A stretch of 64,000 bases of DNA from Squalus acanthias (taxonomy: Eukaryota). The position numbers were made by a program, and so were the translations under genes. The notes below the pieces were generated by a model. The model had not been told where the DNA came from, did not search any database, and saw nothing but the letters and a program-made list of their open reading frames with translations. The stretch covers positions 82,710,001 to 82,774,000 of the forward strand of contig CM059432.1 in NCBI GenBank assembly GCA_030390025.1, written 5' to 3'. Below are positions 35,860 to 49,168 of the stretch, in pieces; position 1 is the first letter of the stretch, and each line of letters opens with the position of its first letter.

Positions 35860-36565
35860 GGGGGAAGAAATTCACTATCGCCCTGTTTGGGGCGCTAATT
35901 TTTAAAAGTTTGAAAAATTAGCGCCAGGCACTAACGATTTCAAACTTTTGAAAAATTCGCCGTTTGCGCTCCAAGAAGGAAGTGGATGCTAAATCAAGAG
36001 CTCCACTTCCTTCTTGGAGCGCAATCGGCAGCAGGTGGGGCGGAGACTTCAGCAGCGCTGCACACTGGGCCGTGCAGCGCTGCCGCGTTCAAAGGCTCCT
36101 TCCCGTCCTTAAAGGGAAGGGCCATCGCTGCAGGCTCTGCAATAGATAAAGTACCTACCTGGACCACCAAGGCAGCCGCGATCCGCCTAGCAGGAACACG
36201 CGAAAAAAACTGGAACAAGAAAGCTAAGTATTTTTTTACTTACCTCAGCCACCTCGCCTTTAATCATCGCCCCCGAAGCAGCCGGCCACCAGATGCACGC
36301 CTCCTGCAGCTGTCGGTGTTTTCGACCGGCGCTGCTGCAGGGGGCGGAAGTCAATTTCGGGTCCAGGACGCTACCGGGGCGATGCGCACGGCGTAGTCTA
36401 ATAAATAAAGGGGTGCAACGCCATAGCGTCAGCACGAAACTCCTGCTGAATATGGCAGGAGTCGATGTCAGCGCCGCGCCCGGTCGCAAATCCATTTGCG
36501 CCCCGTTAGCGTTCCCCTCCGCCGAGGCGCTAACAGGAGGCACAAAAGCACCCAATTTTGCCCCC
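35860..36565. mobile_element. Harbinger-family MITE upstream of CR1 ORF1
   Basis: TIRs GGGGGAAGAAATT / AATTTTGCCCCC; TSD AAA at 35857-35859 and 36566-36568. Confidence 0.85.
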
Positions 36566-36799
36566 AAAGCACCTAAATATTAGGTATCTAGATACTTAAC
36601 CTAGAGTCCTCGGTTTCTGTGGCTCCACTCCTCCTTTTGAGTTGGATGTGAGAAACCGCCTTCCTCCTCTCCATCGAATTACTACCATCACCAAATTCCT
36701 CCACTCTGCTTGCGATCCACTCCGATTGCAATTCACCCAGCTCTGTCTCCAAGCTCTGTGCTCAAATTCCCAATATAACAATGTATGGCCCGATAGATA

Positions 36800-37085
36800 G
36801 AAAGAAAAAGAAAGAATTTGCATTCATATAAAGCCTTTCATGACCTCAGGATGTCCCAAAACGCTTCACATCTCATGAAGTACTTTTGAAATATAGTCAT
36901 CATTGTTATATAGGGAATATGGCAGCCAATTTGTGCGCAGCAGGGTGTCCCAAATAGCAATAAAATAAATGAAGATTATCTGTTTTAGTGATCTTGTTTG
37001 AGGGATAAATGTTGGTCAGGACACTGGGGGGAACTCCCCTGATCTTCTTCGAAACATACCATGGAACCTTTTACAGCCACCTGAG
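36800..37085 (-). mobile_element. Deu-domain SINE, 3' part
   Basis: Reverse complement resembles 9900-10148 and 51640-51912. Confidence 0.65.
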
Positions 37086-37246
37086 TACTGAGCCCAGTTT
37101 TAGTTCCCTCACATAACGCAGGATATTGAGGCCCTGAAGAAGGTTCAGACGAGGGCTACCAGAGTGATACCAAATCTCAGAACTCTTAATTAAAGGACAG
37201 GATGACTGGCTCAGGAAACCGCAGCTTTTTTCACTGCAGAAACATA

Positions 37247-37905
37247 GGGGGAGAAATTGGTCCTCGTTTATCAGGTGTAAAACGGGCGCAAAGCATACTA
37301 ATTTTGCTCTGGGACAGCCTGTGCCCAATCTGAGCAGGCGTAGGTCCCACTGCTAAATTCATAGGGTCCTTTTTTTTAGGCTTCCTGAACAGATGGCTAA
37401 AACAGGTGTTAGGTCACTTAAATATGTAAATTAGGGGCCTGTAGCCTGTTGAAGGAGCCCTTTTCAGAGTTTGTTGGGGATGAGAGGGGCAGGCATTGGG
37501 GCTCAGGATTATTCAGTGGCCCCCGTGACTACTACTAAGTAGTAAGTAATAAAAGAAATTGGTAAAAAAAAAACCCTGTGCAGCTAAGAGGAGCAGCCGT
37601 GGTCCTCTGACTCCATAGGTGTCACGATCGCCCCCCGGCCCCCCGCCTTAGCCTGCTCCAATTCAATCCCCGTCCCAGGACTTACCTGAGGGCTGCTGCC
37701 GATGAGGCAGATGGCCCGACATTGAACTCTTCGCTCAGGCAAGCTGCCTATGGAGGTGCAGCCAGTGGAAGCAGCTTGCGCCGAGTATGCTAGTGAGGCC
37801 CAAGGACCAACTTCCATCGATCTTCACACCTCTAGGTCCAGGCACACATTGGTTGTGCATCACGGAATCTGGGCCTGAAAATGCGCCCAGACCAAATCTT
37901 AACCT
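37247..37905. mobile_element. Decayed Harbinger-family MITE
   Basis: Left TIR GGGGGAGAAATTGGTC; degenerate right end GACCAAATCTTAACC. Confidence 0.55.
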
Positions 37906-39704
37906 ATGTATTAATTACAAGCATTCAAAAGGGAGCTGGACGACTTCCTGTAAGTAGAGGACTTCTCGAGTTATAGAAAATAACCGGGTCTGGCAGTGAT
38001 TAGTGTTATCAATAATAGCATCTCCAGGAACTTGCTTGTTTGCCTTTTGGGGTCGTAGACAAATCTCCTGGAGATTTCCCCCTAAATGTAAGGCTCTTTC
38101 TCTGTGTTTTTCCCTCTCCCAGGAGACTGCATGACTTGGGGTGAGTTGATGGTGCACATAGGCTGCACCATGTCTGGATAGGAAAGGCTAGATGGATCCT
38201 TTTATTTGTATGTTCTGAATTAGAACAAATCAAAAGTAACATCTCCCTGAAGCTAAATATGTATTTGTTTTCCAAATATAGATAACTCTTTCCTCCCATT
38301 CCCCTGTTCCTCTGTAAGCAGTGACTCATGCAGGTGTAAAGCCCATCAGTACCTCTCTCAAATGGCACCTCTTTATATTTGCACCTGGAGAGCGAAGATT
38401 GGCAAGCTTTTCAACCGTGAAGCACTACAGCAAGCCCAATCCTGTCCACACCCAGTGTTGACACATGCGCACTTTCCAGCTAGCGTAGAAACCCTTAACC
38501 CAGAACGTTGAAGCAAATGAAGCATCCTTATCAACGCTCCAGCTAAGATCAGCTAAGCAGCAGAATCTAGCGATCGATCATGGGATATTTCTACTCTTTA
38601 TGGCTCAGTACCGAACCAGGTAATTCATTTACCCACCAACCCATTGAGGATGCCACATCAGGCAACCTAATGCAAAGATGTACAAATTGTGGACGCAGGA
38701 CGCAATATTTTCTTTCAGACTTTCAAAGAAATCAGTAGGGTCTAAAACATGCAAATACTTGGCTTCATTTACACTATCCAGTTAATATTATTCCATTTAC
38801 TTTGCACTGCCCATTAACTGATGTTGGGTTTTGGTTCAATAGGTGCTGATAGCCCTCTGGTATCTCACCCAAGTGGCCATTATTCATAGCGAGCTGCCTC
38901 AGGGAGTGTTCACCAAATATTCACATATTTAGACTTCTAGCAGGGGTAACTTAATCAGAAGGTGGTACCGTATCCAATATTTTTCCCTTTCCTAGTCTGA
39001 GGATGCTGAAGCTAACTGCTGTCGGACCCCACCACAGCCCTGGCTGAGACACTTCAGATAAGCATTGCATCTACAATAAGTGCCGACTACAGGTAAGTGC
39101 TGTGTATAATAAACCAAATGTTACTGTGGGGAGGTCAGCTGTATAGAGTCTGAATTATACCTCAGAGAGACTCTCTATAGCTTAAAGAATTTAACAAGGC
39201 ACTATCTATTACTTGTGCTAATGCTTTACAAAAATAATTACTTCCTCTGCATTTGTCTCCCTAAATGCTTTTTAGACTGCATACCCTGGACATTGGCCAA
39301 GGGGAATGGTGGCAAGCCAACCAGGAGCAGCTCCACCTACGCACCAGGAGCACCTACATCTTTGCAGACCTATCAGGAGGTCCTCCGATCTGCTCACTCT
39401 GCAAACTGATTGACCAAAAATGAAGAATGTGGGGGAGAAGTGAAGCCTAAAATTGAAAAGTGGTCCCTTCAGCTATTGAAAGGCAGGTTGCAACCTCTGG
39501 GACCGTGTGTAAACATGGAACACAGTTTCAGCGAGGCCCTAGAATGGACACGCAGCCGGGACAGCTGTAAAGTGGCTCAATGATGCGCCATGCAACACTC
39601 TCCATCCCAGGTCCCCAATAGCACCAAAAAGGATCGCTGAATACAGAATCTTCCACTGGGGGCGCTCACCCACACCAGTTGGCAAAAGGGGAGGATCATG
39701 ATGG

Positions 39705-40278
39705 AAGATTAGAGCAGAGAAGATTATGGGGAGATTTAATGGAGGAGTTCAAAATTATATGGGGATTTGATACAGTAAATAAGGAGAAACTGTTTCCACT
39801 GGCAGGAGGGTCGGTAACCAGAGGACACAGATTTAAGATCATTTGCAAAAAATCTGGGGAGAAAATAAGGAGAATTTTTTTTACGCAACGAGTTGTTACG
39901 ATCTGGAATGCATTGCCTGAAAGGGCGGTGGAAGAAGATCCAACAGTAACTTTCAAAAGGAATTGGACCAATACTTGAAAAGGAGAAATAAAAACAGAAA
40001 ATGCTGGAAACACTCAGCAGGTGGGCAGCATCAGTTCTGATGAAAGGTCATCAACCTGAAATGCTAACTCTGTTTCTCTCACCACAGTTGCTGCCTGAAC
40101 TGCTGAGTGTTTTCTGCATTTTCTGTTTTTATTTCAGATTTCCAGCATCCGCAGTATTTTGCTTCTGCTTGTAAAGGAGTAATTTACAGGACTATGGGGA
40201 AAGAGCGGGGGAGTGGGACTAATTGGATCGCTCTTTCAAAGAGCTGACACAGAAAATATGGGCCGAATGGCCTCTTTC
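39705..40278 (+). mobile_element. CR1 3' fragment containing a PLE fold-back insertion
   Basis: LEQRRLWGDL...FFTQRVV; 3' hairpin near 40260. Confidence 0.8.
39986..40167. mobile_element. PLE-derived fold-back element
   Basis: Same family as 115-313. Decayed hammerhead CTGATGA...GAAA at 40037-40061. TSD CTTG(A/T)AAAGGAG. Confidence 0.75.
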
Positions 40279-40954
40279 TGTGCTCGATGATCTATGATAA
40301 GAAAGTGGAGAGTGTGCAACAGCAACAAATACAGGAAACGGATTGGCACAGAGCAAATTTCTGAGAGAGACTCAAGTTGTGAGGTAGACGTGCCTGAGGG
40401 GAGTTTCAGGGCAAAGTGTCAAAGGGCAATTTGCCTTCCTCAGCTATCCCTGCTAACCTCCTGATGCTGGCAGTATGCGGACATGCTGTGTCTCAGGCAC
40501 ACACTCTCAGAACAGTGATTTATCTGCTCACATGTCTTGTTCGGTGTCGAGGTGAATGATTGAACAACAGTAAAATTCACATGAAAATAGAAAGTATTTA
40601 CAGCACCAGGTCAAGCACTTTGGGATAAGCCCTTCTCTTTATTGATATGTACATTCATAAACAAAGCTCTCTGGGGTGTTTTATGTAATGGATTAAATTT
40701 AATGAATTGTAAGCTGGAGATCAGATCCTCAATAGAGAGCAAATTCAGAAACCAGTTCTTTTTTCTATAGCAACAGATTTGGTCTTGCAGAGGTTATCGG
40801 GAAGTTGCATTCAAACTGTTAACAGTGATTCTTTTCCCCTTCCAACAGCACAGTGATGCAGCAGATTAGAACCTCCTTGCAGCTAGTTACAGAGTTTTAT
40901 TTTCAGCTTTAAATGCAAGTTAGAAGCCTCGTGCTTCCTTACGTGAAAAATAGA

Positions 40955-41470
40955 GCCATAGATGGTTACAGCACAGCACAGAAGGAGGCTATTCAGCCCA
41001 TTGTGTCTGTGCTGACTCTTTGCTAAAGCAGTAATAAATAAATCCCACTGCCCTGCTCTCTTCCCCATAGTCCTGTATCTTCCTCTACTTCAAATATTTA
41101 TCCAATTTCCCCTTAAAGATGCAATGGTCTTTGCCTCAACCATTTCCTGTGGCAACACATGCCTTCTCCAACAACCCTCTGTGTTAAGAAATTTCTCCTA
41201 GCCTCTGTCATCATTCTCTCAGTGATCATTTTAAATTGATATCCCTTCATCACTGACTCCCCAAGCAGAGGAAATAATCTTTCCCTATTCACTCTATCAA
41301 AACGCTTCATAATCTTAAATCTTTTATTAACCTTCCCTGTTCCAGTAAAAATAGTCATAGGATTTCAAATCTCTCCTCATAACTATAGTTTCCCCTCCCA
41401 GGCATCATCCTGGTGAATCTACGCTGTACACCCTCTGCGGCTTTAATGACTTTCTATAATGCGATGAGGT
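40955..41470 (-). mobile_element. Old CR1 3' fragment
   Basis: ORF 41113-41358 (RRNFLTQRVV); 3' UTR near 40960-41060. Confidence 0.7.
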
Positions 41471-41594
41471 ACCACAGAGTTTCCGCTATCTGTGGAACCA
41501 GGGTCAATGAGGGAATCAATGCTTTCAGGAGAAGAGGGAAGGGCAAAAAAATAGAAAATATATTTTAAAATATAAAATAATCTTTGCTATTTTC

Positions 41595-41815
41595 CAACAT
41601 GTCCTAGCCAATATTTATCCCTCAATCAACACCTATAACAGACTATCTGGTCATTTATTTAATTGCTGTTTGTGGGAGCTTGCTCTATGCAAATTGGCTA
41701 CCATGTTTCCTACATCATAATAGCGACTACATTTCAAAAGTATGTAATTGGTTGTAAAGCGCTTTGGGACGTCCACAGGTCAGGAAAGGCGCTATATAAA
41801 TGCAAGTCTTTCTTT
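41595..41815 (+). mobile_element. Deu-domain SINE, 3' part
   Basis: Matches 9950-10148; ends GGCGCTATATAAATGCAAGTCTTTC. Confidence 0.7.
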
Positions 41816-42440
41816 TTTAAAGAGGTGAGTGAAGCGGTCTATGTAGTAGAGGATGTACATTGTTACCAAAGCCTTGACTTACCTTGGCCACCCTTGTGTG
41901 GTCAGTAAACCACTTTCTACAATGTGCGGCAGTTCTTGGAGTGGTGCAGGTTGCACTGTCTCTGTTACCTCCCTCCAGACAGCCTGCCCCACTCACCTAT
42001 GGAGCCTCGTGTCCTTATTACCCATCAGACGGCCCCTCCCAACCCTCACTTCTTCAAGCAGCACCTCCAGTGACTGATTGGAAAACATGGGGACCCTTGC
42101 AGTTGCACTCCTTCTGTCACCTTTCTGAGACATGCTGCCCTTTAACTGACTGGCTGCAGCCTTTTAAAGGCTACACCAGACCTGTATTTCCCTTCCTCCC
42201 ACTGGCAGTAAACCAACAAAGGGCAGTTCCCTAGCCTTCAAAAGCCCCTGAATGGCTCATGAAGGTTCTGGAAGGAAATTGCAGCAGGTTAGCGGTGATT
42301 TCACGTTGGCGAATGTTAGGACCGCCCTTCTACAAACTCGCCAACGAGAGGAGAATTCAGGCCAAAGTCTCCTCTGTCTGCTGACTATCAGGATATATAA
42401 CAAACGCATTTAGGCAGTCTTCAGTCGTAGGCAGTTCCTA

Positions 42441-42629
42441 CAAACAGCAAAAAACTGCAAATGCTGGAAGACTGAAACAAAAACAGAAAATGGATGAAAA
42501 CTCTCAGCAGGTCAGTCAGCATCAGAACAGTTCTGATGAAGACTCCACACTTGAAAGGTCACCTTGTCTGTTCTCTGCACAGATGCTACCTGACCTGCTG
42601 GGTGTTGCCAGCATTTTCTGTTTACAATT
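42441..42629. mobile_element. Older PLE-derived fold-back element
   Basis: Inverted arms, decayed CTGATGA...GAAA, and TSD CAGTTCCTA at 42432-42440 and 42630-42638. Confidence 0.7.
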
Positions 42630-42953
42630 CAGTTCCTAATGGGCATTGGCCTACAGCACAAAACTATCTCTAATTCAGCATCAATTGGCAATCTCACCCA
42701 GAGGCCATAGGATGACTGGTGTGAAAAATAGAAAAATGTCACATTGGTCAACAAATGAGATAAGATACAATATAAAGTTAAAAGAAGAGGGTTACACAAA
42801 TGTAAAGAAAAGTGAAATTCCAGCAGGCTGGGGAGCTATAAAAGGGCACAAATAAAGTATTAAGAGCTGCAAAAAAGAGAATATAAAATAAAAATTTGCA
42901 AAGGTAATCAAAGCTAACAGTAAAATGTCACATAAATATATTGTAGAGTCAAA

Positions 42954-43850
42954 GGGGGAGAAATTCAGTATCGCCCCATTTGGGGCGCAATTATCGGCCG
43001 GGCGCAAATATTAGCGCCTGGCGCTAATTATCGCCTCCGACTGCAAACTTGACTTTTATCGCCCCTGGAGGTGATTGGAGCGCTAAATCAGGCGGTACAC
43101 ATCTGTCTTAAGGCGCAAAGGCCGAGGAGCGAGGCGCTAACTCAGAGCGCTGGCGAAGCTCATGTGATGTCAGTCAGCAATGGAACACACACACAATGGC
43201 GCCGGCCAGTTCTTAAAGGGAAGGGTTGATCTTGCTCTCCATCCACATCCTGCTCATTGCAGCCTTGAATCTCGGCCTGGAGAGACCTCTACATCAAATC
43301 TGCAGGAAAGAACAATGGAGAGACCCAGGGAAAGAGCTCAGAGTGCAGCCCCCACAATCTCTTCTAAATCGATACAAGGAAGGGCAAATCAAAATGAACC
43401 TGCAAAGTGCTGCTCAGTACCCAAAACTCCTTCACACAGCGTTGAATCTCTCCAGAAGTCTCTCTCTCTCTCTCTCTCTCAGAATGCGTGGTGCAAAAAT
43501 GTCACCAACAAAAAATGGCAGGAAGCGGTCGCCTTTAAATAGCGCTCCCCCAGTCCCTTCCTGACTGCAAAACGCTCCCCTCAACCTGTCGTTGCTAGCG
43601 GCAGGCGGTAAGGCAGGGGGCGCCACTCAATATCCGCTCCGGGGCGTTGCCGGGGCGTTGCGCACTCGACTGACGTCACGATCTGCCGGCGCAGGAGATC
43701 GTGGCGGTAGTGTTTAGCGCCGCCGCAAAATGTCTAGTTTATTTCGCGAGCGGCGCAAACATCGCCGCGCCCGGGCGCTAGTTGCTTTGTGCCCCATTAG
43801 CGCCCTCTTAAGGCGCTAATGGGAGGCACAACCAACTGAATTTTTCCCCC
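42954..43850 (-). mobile_element. Non-autonomous internal-deletion derivative of the copy A/B Harbinger family
   Basis: TIRs GGGGGAGAAATT / AATTTTTCCCCC. TSD AAA/ATA (one mismatch). Retains about 400 bp of each end, including the Myb start ATGGAGAGACCCAGGGAAAGAGCTCAG at 43315. Confidence 0.9.
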
Positions 43851-45604
43851 ATAGAGTCATAACGACACAGAAGGAGGCCATACAGCCCATCGAGTCCATG
43901 CCGGCTCTCTGTAGAGCAATCCATCAGTCCCATTCCCCCGCTCTATCCTGTAGCCCTGCAAGTTTATTTCCCTCAAGTGCCTATCCAGTCTCCCCTTGAA
44001 AACATTGAGTTTCTCCGCTTCCACCACTTCAGTCGGCAGCGAGCTCCAGGTCCTCACCACTCGCTGCGTAAAAAAGTTTTTCCTCACATCCCCCCTGTAT
44101 CTCTTGCCCAAAACCTTAAATCTGTGTTCCCTAGTCCTTGTACCTTCAACTAGTGGGAACAGCCTTTCCCCGTCTAGCCTATCCAAACCCGTCATAATCT
44201 TGTACACCTCTATCAAATCACCCCTCAACCTCCTTTACTCTAATGAAAACAAATCCAGCTTCTCCAACCTGTCCTTGTAGCTAAGATCCCCCATCCCTGA
44301 AACCATTCTGGTATATCTCCTCTGCACCCTCTGAAGGGCCTTCACATCCTTCCTAAAGTGTGGTGACCAGACCTGGACGCAATACTCCAGTTGTGGCCTA
44401 ACCAGCGCTTTATAAAGATTCAGCATAACTTCTCTACTTTTGTACTCAATACCTCTATTTATGAAACCCAAGATCCCATATGCTTTGTTAACCACTCTCT
44501 CAATATGTCCTGCCACCTTCAGGGACCCATGCACATTAACTCCCAGGTCCTCTGTCCCTGCACACTCTAATTAAGTGTATATTGCCTCTCCCTGTTCCTT
44601 CTGCCAAAATGCATCACCTCACACTTCTCTGTATTAAATTTCATCTGCCACTTGTCTGCCCATTCTGCTAGCCTTTCTATGTCCTGTTGCAGTCGATTGG
44701 TATCATCCTCACTGTTTGCCACACCCCCAAGTTTGGTGTCATCAGCAAATTTAGAAATTCTACTTTTTATTCCAATATCCAGGTCATTTATACATATCAA
44801 AAAAAGCAGTGGCCCCAGCACTGACCCTTGGGGAACACCACTGTCTACCATCCTCCAGTCTGTGAAACAGCCATTTACCACAACTCGCTGTTTTCTGTCC
44901 TTAAGCCAATTCCTTCTCCAAGCTGCCACTGACCCACCTATTCCATGAGCCTCAATTTTGTTAACCAGCCTTATATGTGGTACTTTGTCAAACACCTTCC
45001 TAAAATCCATGTAGACAACATCCATTGCATTCGCTTCATCAATCCTCCCTGTTACTTCATCAAAAAATTCAATTCGATTAGTCAATCAAGATCTGCCTTT
45101 TACAAATCCGTGTTGGCTCTCCTTAATTGGCTTAAACCTCTCCAAGTGCCCATTAATTTTTTCCTTGATTATTGTTTCTAAAACTTTACCCACCACTGAT
45201 GTTAAACTGACCAGCCTGTAGTTACTAGGATTGTCCTTACACACTTTCTTGAACAATGGCGTCACATTTGCCACTTTCCAATCCTCAGGCACCTCCCCCG
45301 CATCTAGGGAAGATTGGAAAATTATGGCAAGCCCTTCCGCTATCTCCTCCCCCAATTCCCTTAGCAACCTGGGATGCAAGCCATCTGCACCAGGCGACTT
45401 GTCCACTCTAAGCATACCCAGCCTTTCTAGTACATCCTCTCTATCAATTTTCACCCCTTCCATTGCTTCTACCTTTTCCACTGCTACCGATATTTTGTCA
45501 GCATCCACCTCCTTAGTAAACACCGATACAAAGTACTCATTGAGTATTCGAGCCTTGCCCTGCGCCTCTAAGCATATATCACCTTCTTTGTCTTTAATAG
45601 GCGC
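43851..45604 (-). mobile_element. 5'-truncated CR1, (GACTCTAT)n-tail subfamily (as 1704-3062); tail completed at 42943-42953
   Basis: ORFs 45086-45523, 44567-45085 and 44235-44534 are nearly identical to the 1707 and 2290 peptides. Confidence 0.92.
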
Positions 45605-48283
45605 AGGGCAAGATTAGAATACTCAATACTAAGGGAAAGAGAGTGGTTAAGGGAAATGTGGACCCATTAAAGACAGATGCAGGTGATACTGTAATCAACA
45701 ATAAGGAAATGGCAGACTTGCTGAAGCAGAAAAATGGTCATGCAGAAAATAATGAGACTTAAAATCTCCAGGACCTGATAGTTTCCATACAAGGGTATTA
45801 AAACAAGTAGATGAGGAAATTGCAGATGCATTAGTAATAATCTTCCAAACCTCTCTTGATTTGGGAATTGTGCCGCTGGGTTGGAAAATTGCCAGTAGAC
45901 AGAGTGACTGAGCACTTGGACAAATTTGAGCTGATCAGAAAGAATCAACATGGGTTTGTAGAGGATCAATCACGTCTAACTGATTTGGTTGAATTTTTGG
46001 AGGTCACTCGCATGGTGGAGAAAGGAATGTCAATGGATGTTGTCTATATGGATTTCCAGAAGACATTTGATATGGTTCCACACAAAAGATTAATAGCAAA
46101 ACTGAAAGCGCATGGAATTGGAGGCAACCTTGAAACATGGGCTGGAGATTGGTTGGGAGGTAGGAGACAGAGAGCTGGGATAAAGGGTACGTACTCTGAT
46201 TGGAGGGATGTGTGAAGTGGTGTTCCCCAGGGATCTGTACTGGTGCCTCAGCTCGTCACCATATTTATCAATGACTTGGATGATGGAATGGAGAATTGTA
46301 CATCTAAGTTTACAGATGACACTAAGTTAGGTGGCACAGTATAGAGTGTAGATGGGAGCAAAACATTGCAAAGGGACATAGACAGATTAAATGAGTAGGT
46401 AAAACTGTGGCAAATTGAGTTCAATGTGGGATCATCTACTTTGGATCCAAGAAAGACAAATCAGTATATTTTCTGAATAGTGAGAAACTAGGAACTGCAG
46501 ATGAGCAAAGAGATTTGGGGGTGTCTATGTACACAAATCACTAAAAGTCAGTGAACAGGTACAAAAATCAATCAAAAAGGCTAATGGAATGTTAGCTTTT
46601 ATCTCAAGGGGGCTGGAATACAAAGTGAAGGAAGTGATGCTCCAGTTGTATAGAGTCTTGGTCACCCTCTATCTGGAGTACTATGTTCAGTTCTGGGCAC
46701 TCCACCTCAGAAAGGAGGGGATGCAGTGCAGATTTAAATTATAAGGACAAGTTGCATTAACTTGGCTTGTATTGCCTTGAGTATAGAACATTGAGGGGTG
46801 CTGTAGTTGAGGTGGTTAAAATGATAAATGAATTTGATAGGGTAGATAAAGAGAAACTTCGGTGGAGAATCCAGAACAAGGGGGCATAATCTTAAAATTA
46901 GAGCGAGGCCATTCAGGAGTGAAATCAGAAAGCACTTCTTCACACAAAGGGTAGTAGAAATCTGGAACTCTCTCCCCCAAAAGGATGTGGATGCTGGGTC
47001 AATGGAAATTTTCAAGACTGAGGTTGATAGATTGGGTAAGTGTATCAAAGGATGTGGAACATAGGCATGTAAATGGAGTTGAGATACAGATCAGCCATGA
47101 TCTAGTGGCCTACTCTTGTTCCTATGTAGAGGAGGAAGATGATGATGGTGATAGTGATGATGATGAGGAGGAGGAGGAAAAGAGAGTAACCTTCTTTCTC
47201 ATCGATTATGAGGTTGATGAAGCCAAGGAGGATGATAATGAAAAGGGAGAGGAAGTGAACATGAAGCCTATCCTTCATGGAGTTTCTGGACCAATATCCT
47301 ACCCTTATGTTCAACTGCCACAACTATAACAATTTCACCCCTTGTGTCACTTGCTTTGTCACTCCCACTACTAGCTCAGAAACTTTTACCTCGAGGGAAT
47401 TAGATTCTGTTAATCAGGATGTAATGGGGTACCGCAAGGATCAGTGCTTGGGCCTCAGCCATTCACAATCTACATCAATGATTTGGATGAGGGGACCAAA
47501 TGTAATATATCCAAGTTTGCTGATGACACAAAGCTGGGTAGGAATGTAAGTTGTGAGAAGGATGCAAAGAGGCTTCAAGGGGATATAGACAGTCTAAGTG
47601 AGTGGGCAAGAACATGGCAAATGGAATATAATGTGGAGAAATGTGAAGTTATTCACTTTGGTAGGAAAAATAGAAAAGCAGAGTATTTTTTAAATGGTGA
47701 GAGATTGGGAAATGTTGGTGTTCAGAGGGACCTGGGTGTCCTTGTACACAAATCACTGAAAATTAACATGCAGGTACAGCAAGCAATTAGGAAAGCAAAT
47801 GGTATGTTGGCCTTTATTACAAGAGGATTTGAGTATAAGAATAAAGATGTCTTACTACAATTATATAGGGCCCTGGTGAGACCACACCTGGAGTATTGTA
47901 TACAGTTTTGGTCTCCTTACCTAAGGAAGGATATACTTGCCATTGAGGGAGTGCAACAAAGGTTCATCAGACTGATTCTTGGGATGGGGGGGATTGTCCT
48001 ATGAGGAGAGATTGATTAGATTAGGCCTATATTCTCTAGAGTTTAGAAGAATGAGAGGTGATCTCATTGAAACATACAAAATTTTTACAGGGCTTGACAG
48101 GGTAGATGCAGGGAGGATGTTTCCCCTGGCTGGGGAGTCTAGAACCAGGGGTTACAGTCCCAGAATAAGGGGTCGGCCATTTAGGACTGAGATGAGGAGA
48201 AATTTCTTCACTCAGAGGGTGGTGAATCTTTGGAATTCTCTACCCCAAAGGGCTGTGGAGGCTTAGTAGTTGAATATATTCAA

Positions 48284-48551
48284 AAATGAGAAGTCGCACA
48301 ACACCAGGTTATAGTCCAACAGTTTTATTTGAAATTACGAGCTTTCGGAGCGCTGCTCCTTCGTCAGGTAAAGTGAGGGAATACGAATCAGTTACAAAGC
48401 ATAACTGATTTGTATTCCCTCACTTTACCTGACGAAGGAGCAGCGCTCCGAAAGCTAGTAATTTCAAATAAAACTGTTGGACTATAACCTGGTGTTGTGC
48501 AACTTCTCATTTTTGTCCACCCCAGTCCAACACCGGCATCTCCGCATCATG
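48284..48551. mobile_element. PLE-derived fold-back element with a hammerhead on each strand
   Basis: Inverted arms of about 110 bp around a 7-nt loop; TSD GAATATATTCAA at 48272-48283 and 48552-48563. Confidence 0.82.
48425..48461 (+). ncRNA. Minimal type-I hammerhead ribozyme motif
   Basis: TTAC-CTGACGA-A-GGAGC-AGC-GCTCC-GAAA-GCTA-GTAA. Confidence 0.72.
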
Positions 48552-49168
48552 GAATATATTCAAGACAGAGATCGATAGATTTTTGGATATTAAGGGATAT
48601 GGGGATAGTGCAGGAAAGTGGAGCTGAGGTAGATAATCAGCCATTATCTTATTGAATGGTGGAGCAGGCTCGAGGGGCCGAATGGCCTACTCCTGCTCCT
48701 ATTTCTTATGTTTTTATGTTCTTAACACTAGGTGATTCACAGAGCACCAAGGAGCCAGAGGAATGGGTGAGGATGTCTCACCTTCCCCACAGAGGCTATG
48801 GATAAAGCTGCCCATGGTTTGAGAGTTGTGAGACACAGAATCAGGGGTACTCCTCTGAAAAGCAGGATGTTCAAGAAACATAAAGTTACATGGAGGATCT
48901 GAGTGACAGTCATCCTAATGTTCTCTTCAAGGTACTTCTGCCTACAAAGCTGCCAGGGTCACTTCCCCAGGAATGTCTCATTGTAGAGCTCCTTTGCTGC
49001 TGTTTGGACCGCTCTTAGTAGGATCATTATTCATGGGAGTAGGGGTTAGACCTCGTCACCCACAAGGTATCTGTTGGCATGAATTTCTTCCCTGAAGAAG
49101 TCAGGGCTTCATTTTACAGGATGAATGCATTGTGACAACTTCCAGCAAATCTTGTGTTGACGTGCAGG

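Larger units (their letters stand above)
27181..36640 (-). mobile_element. Near full-length CR1 LINE carrying four nested insertions
   Basis: ORF1 at 35752-34804. ORF2 pieces 34690-33797, 32644-32007, 29144-29096 and 28491-27300 rejoin (WMSRS|IQGRIRQK; SLTLVV|GKLQEK). Tail at 27181. The 5' end is approximate. Confidence 0.85.
42770..47127 (+). mobile_element. Old decayed CR1 ORF2, interrupted by the 42943-45604 CR1+MITE
   Basis: RT fragments at 45856-46215 (YMDFQKTFD) and 46220-47050; upstream piece at 42770-42940. Confidence 0.7.
47420..48723 (+). mobile_element. 5'-truncated CR1
   Basis: FADDTKLG, LVRPHLEYC and RRNFFTQRVV; (TTCTTATG)n tail. Confidence 0.9.

Noticed and set aside
46985..47329. 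Acidic 114-aa ORF as a host gene
   Set aside because: It begins in a CR1 3' end and runs through a (GAN)n low-complexity tract; at most it is a decayed transposase tail.
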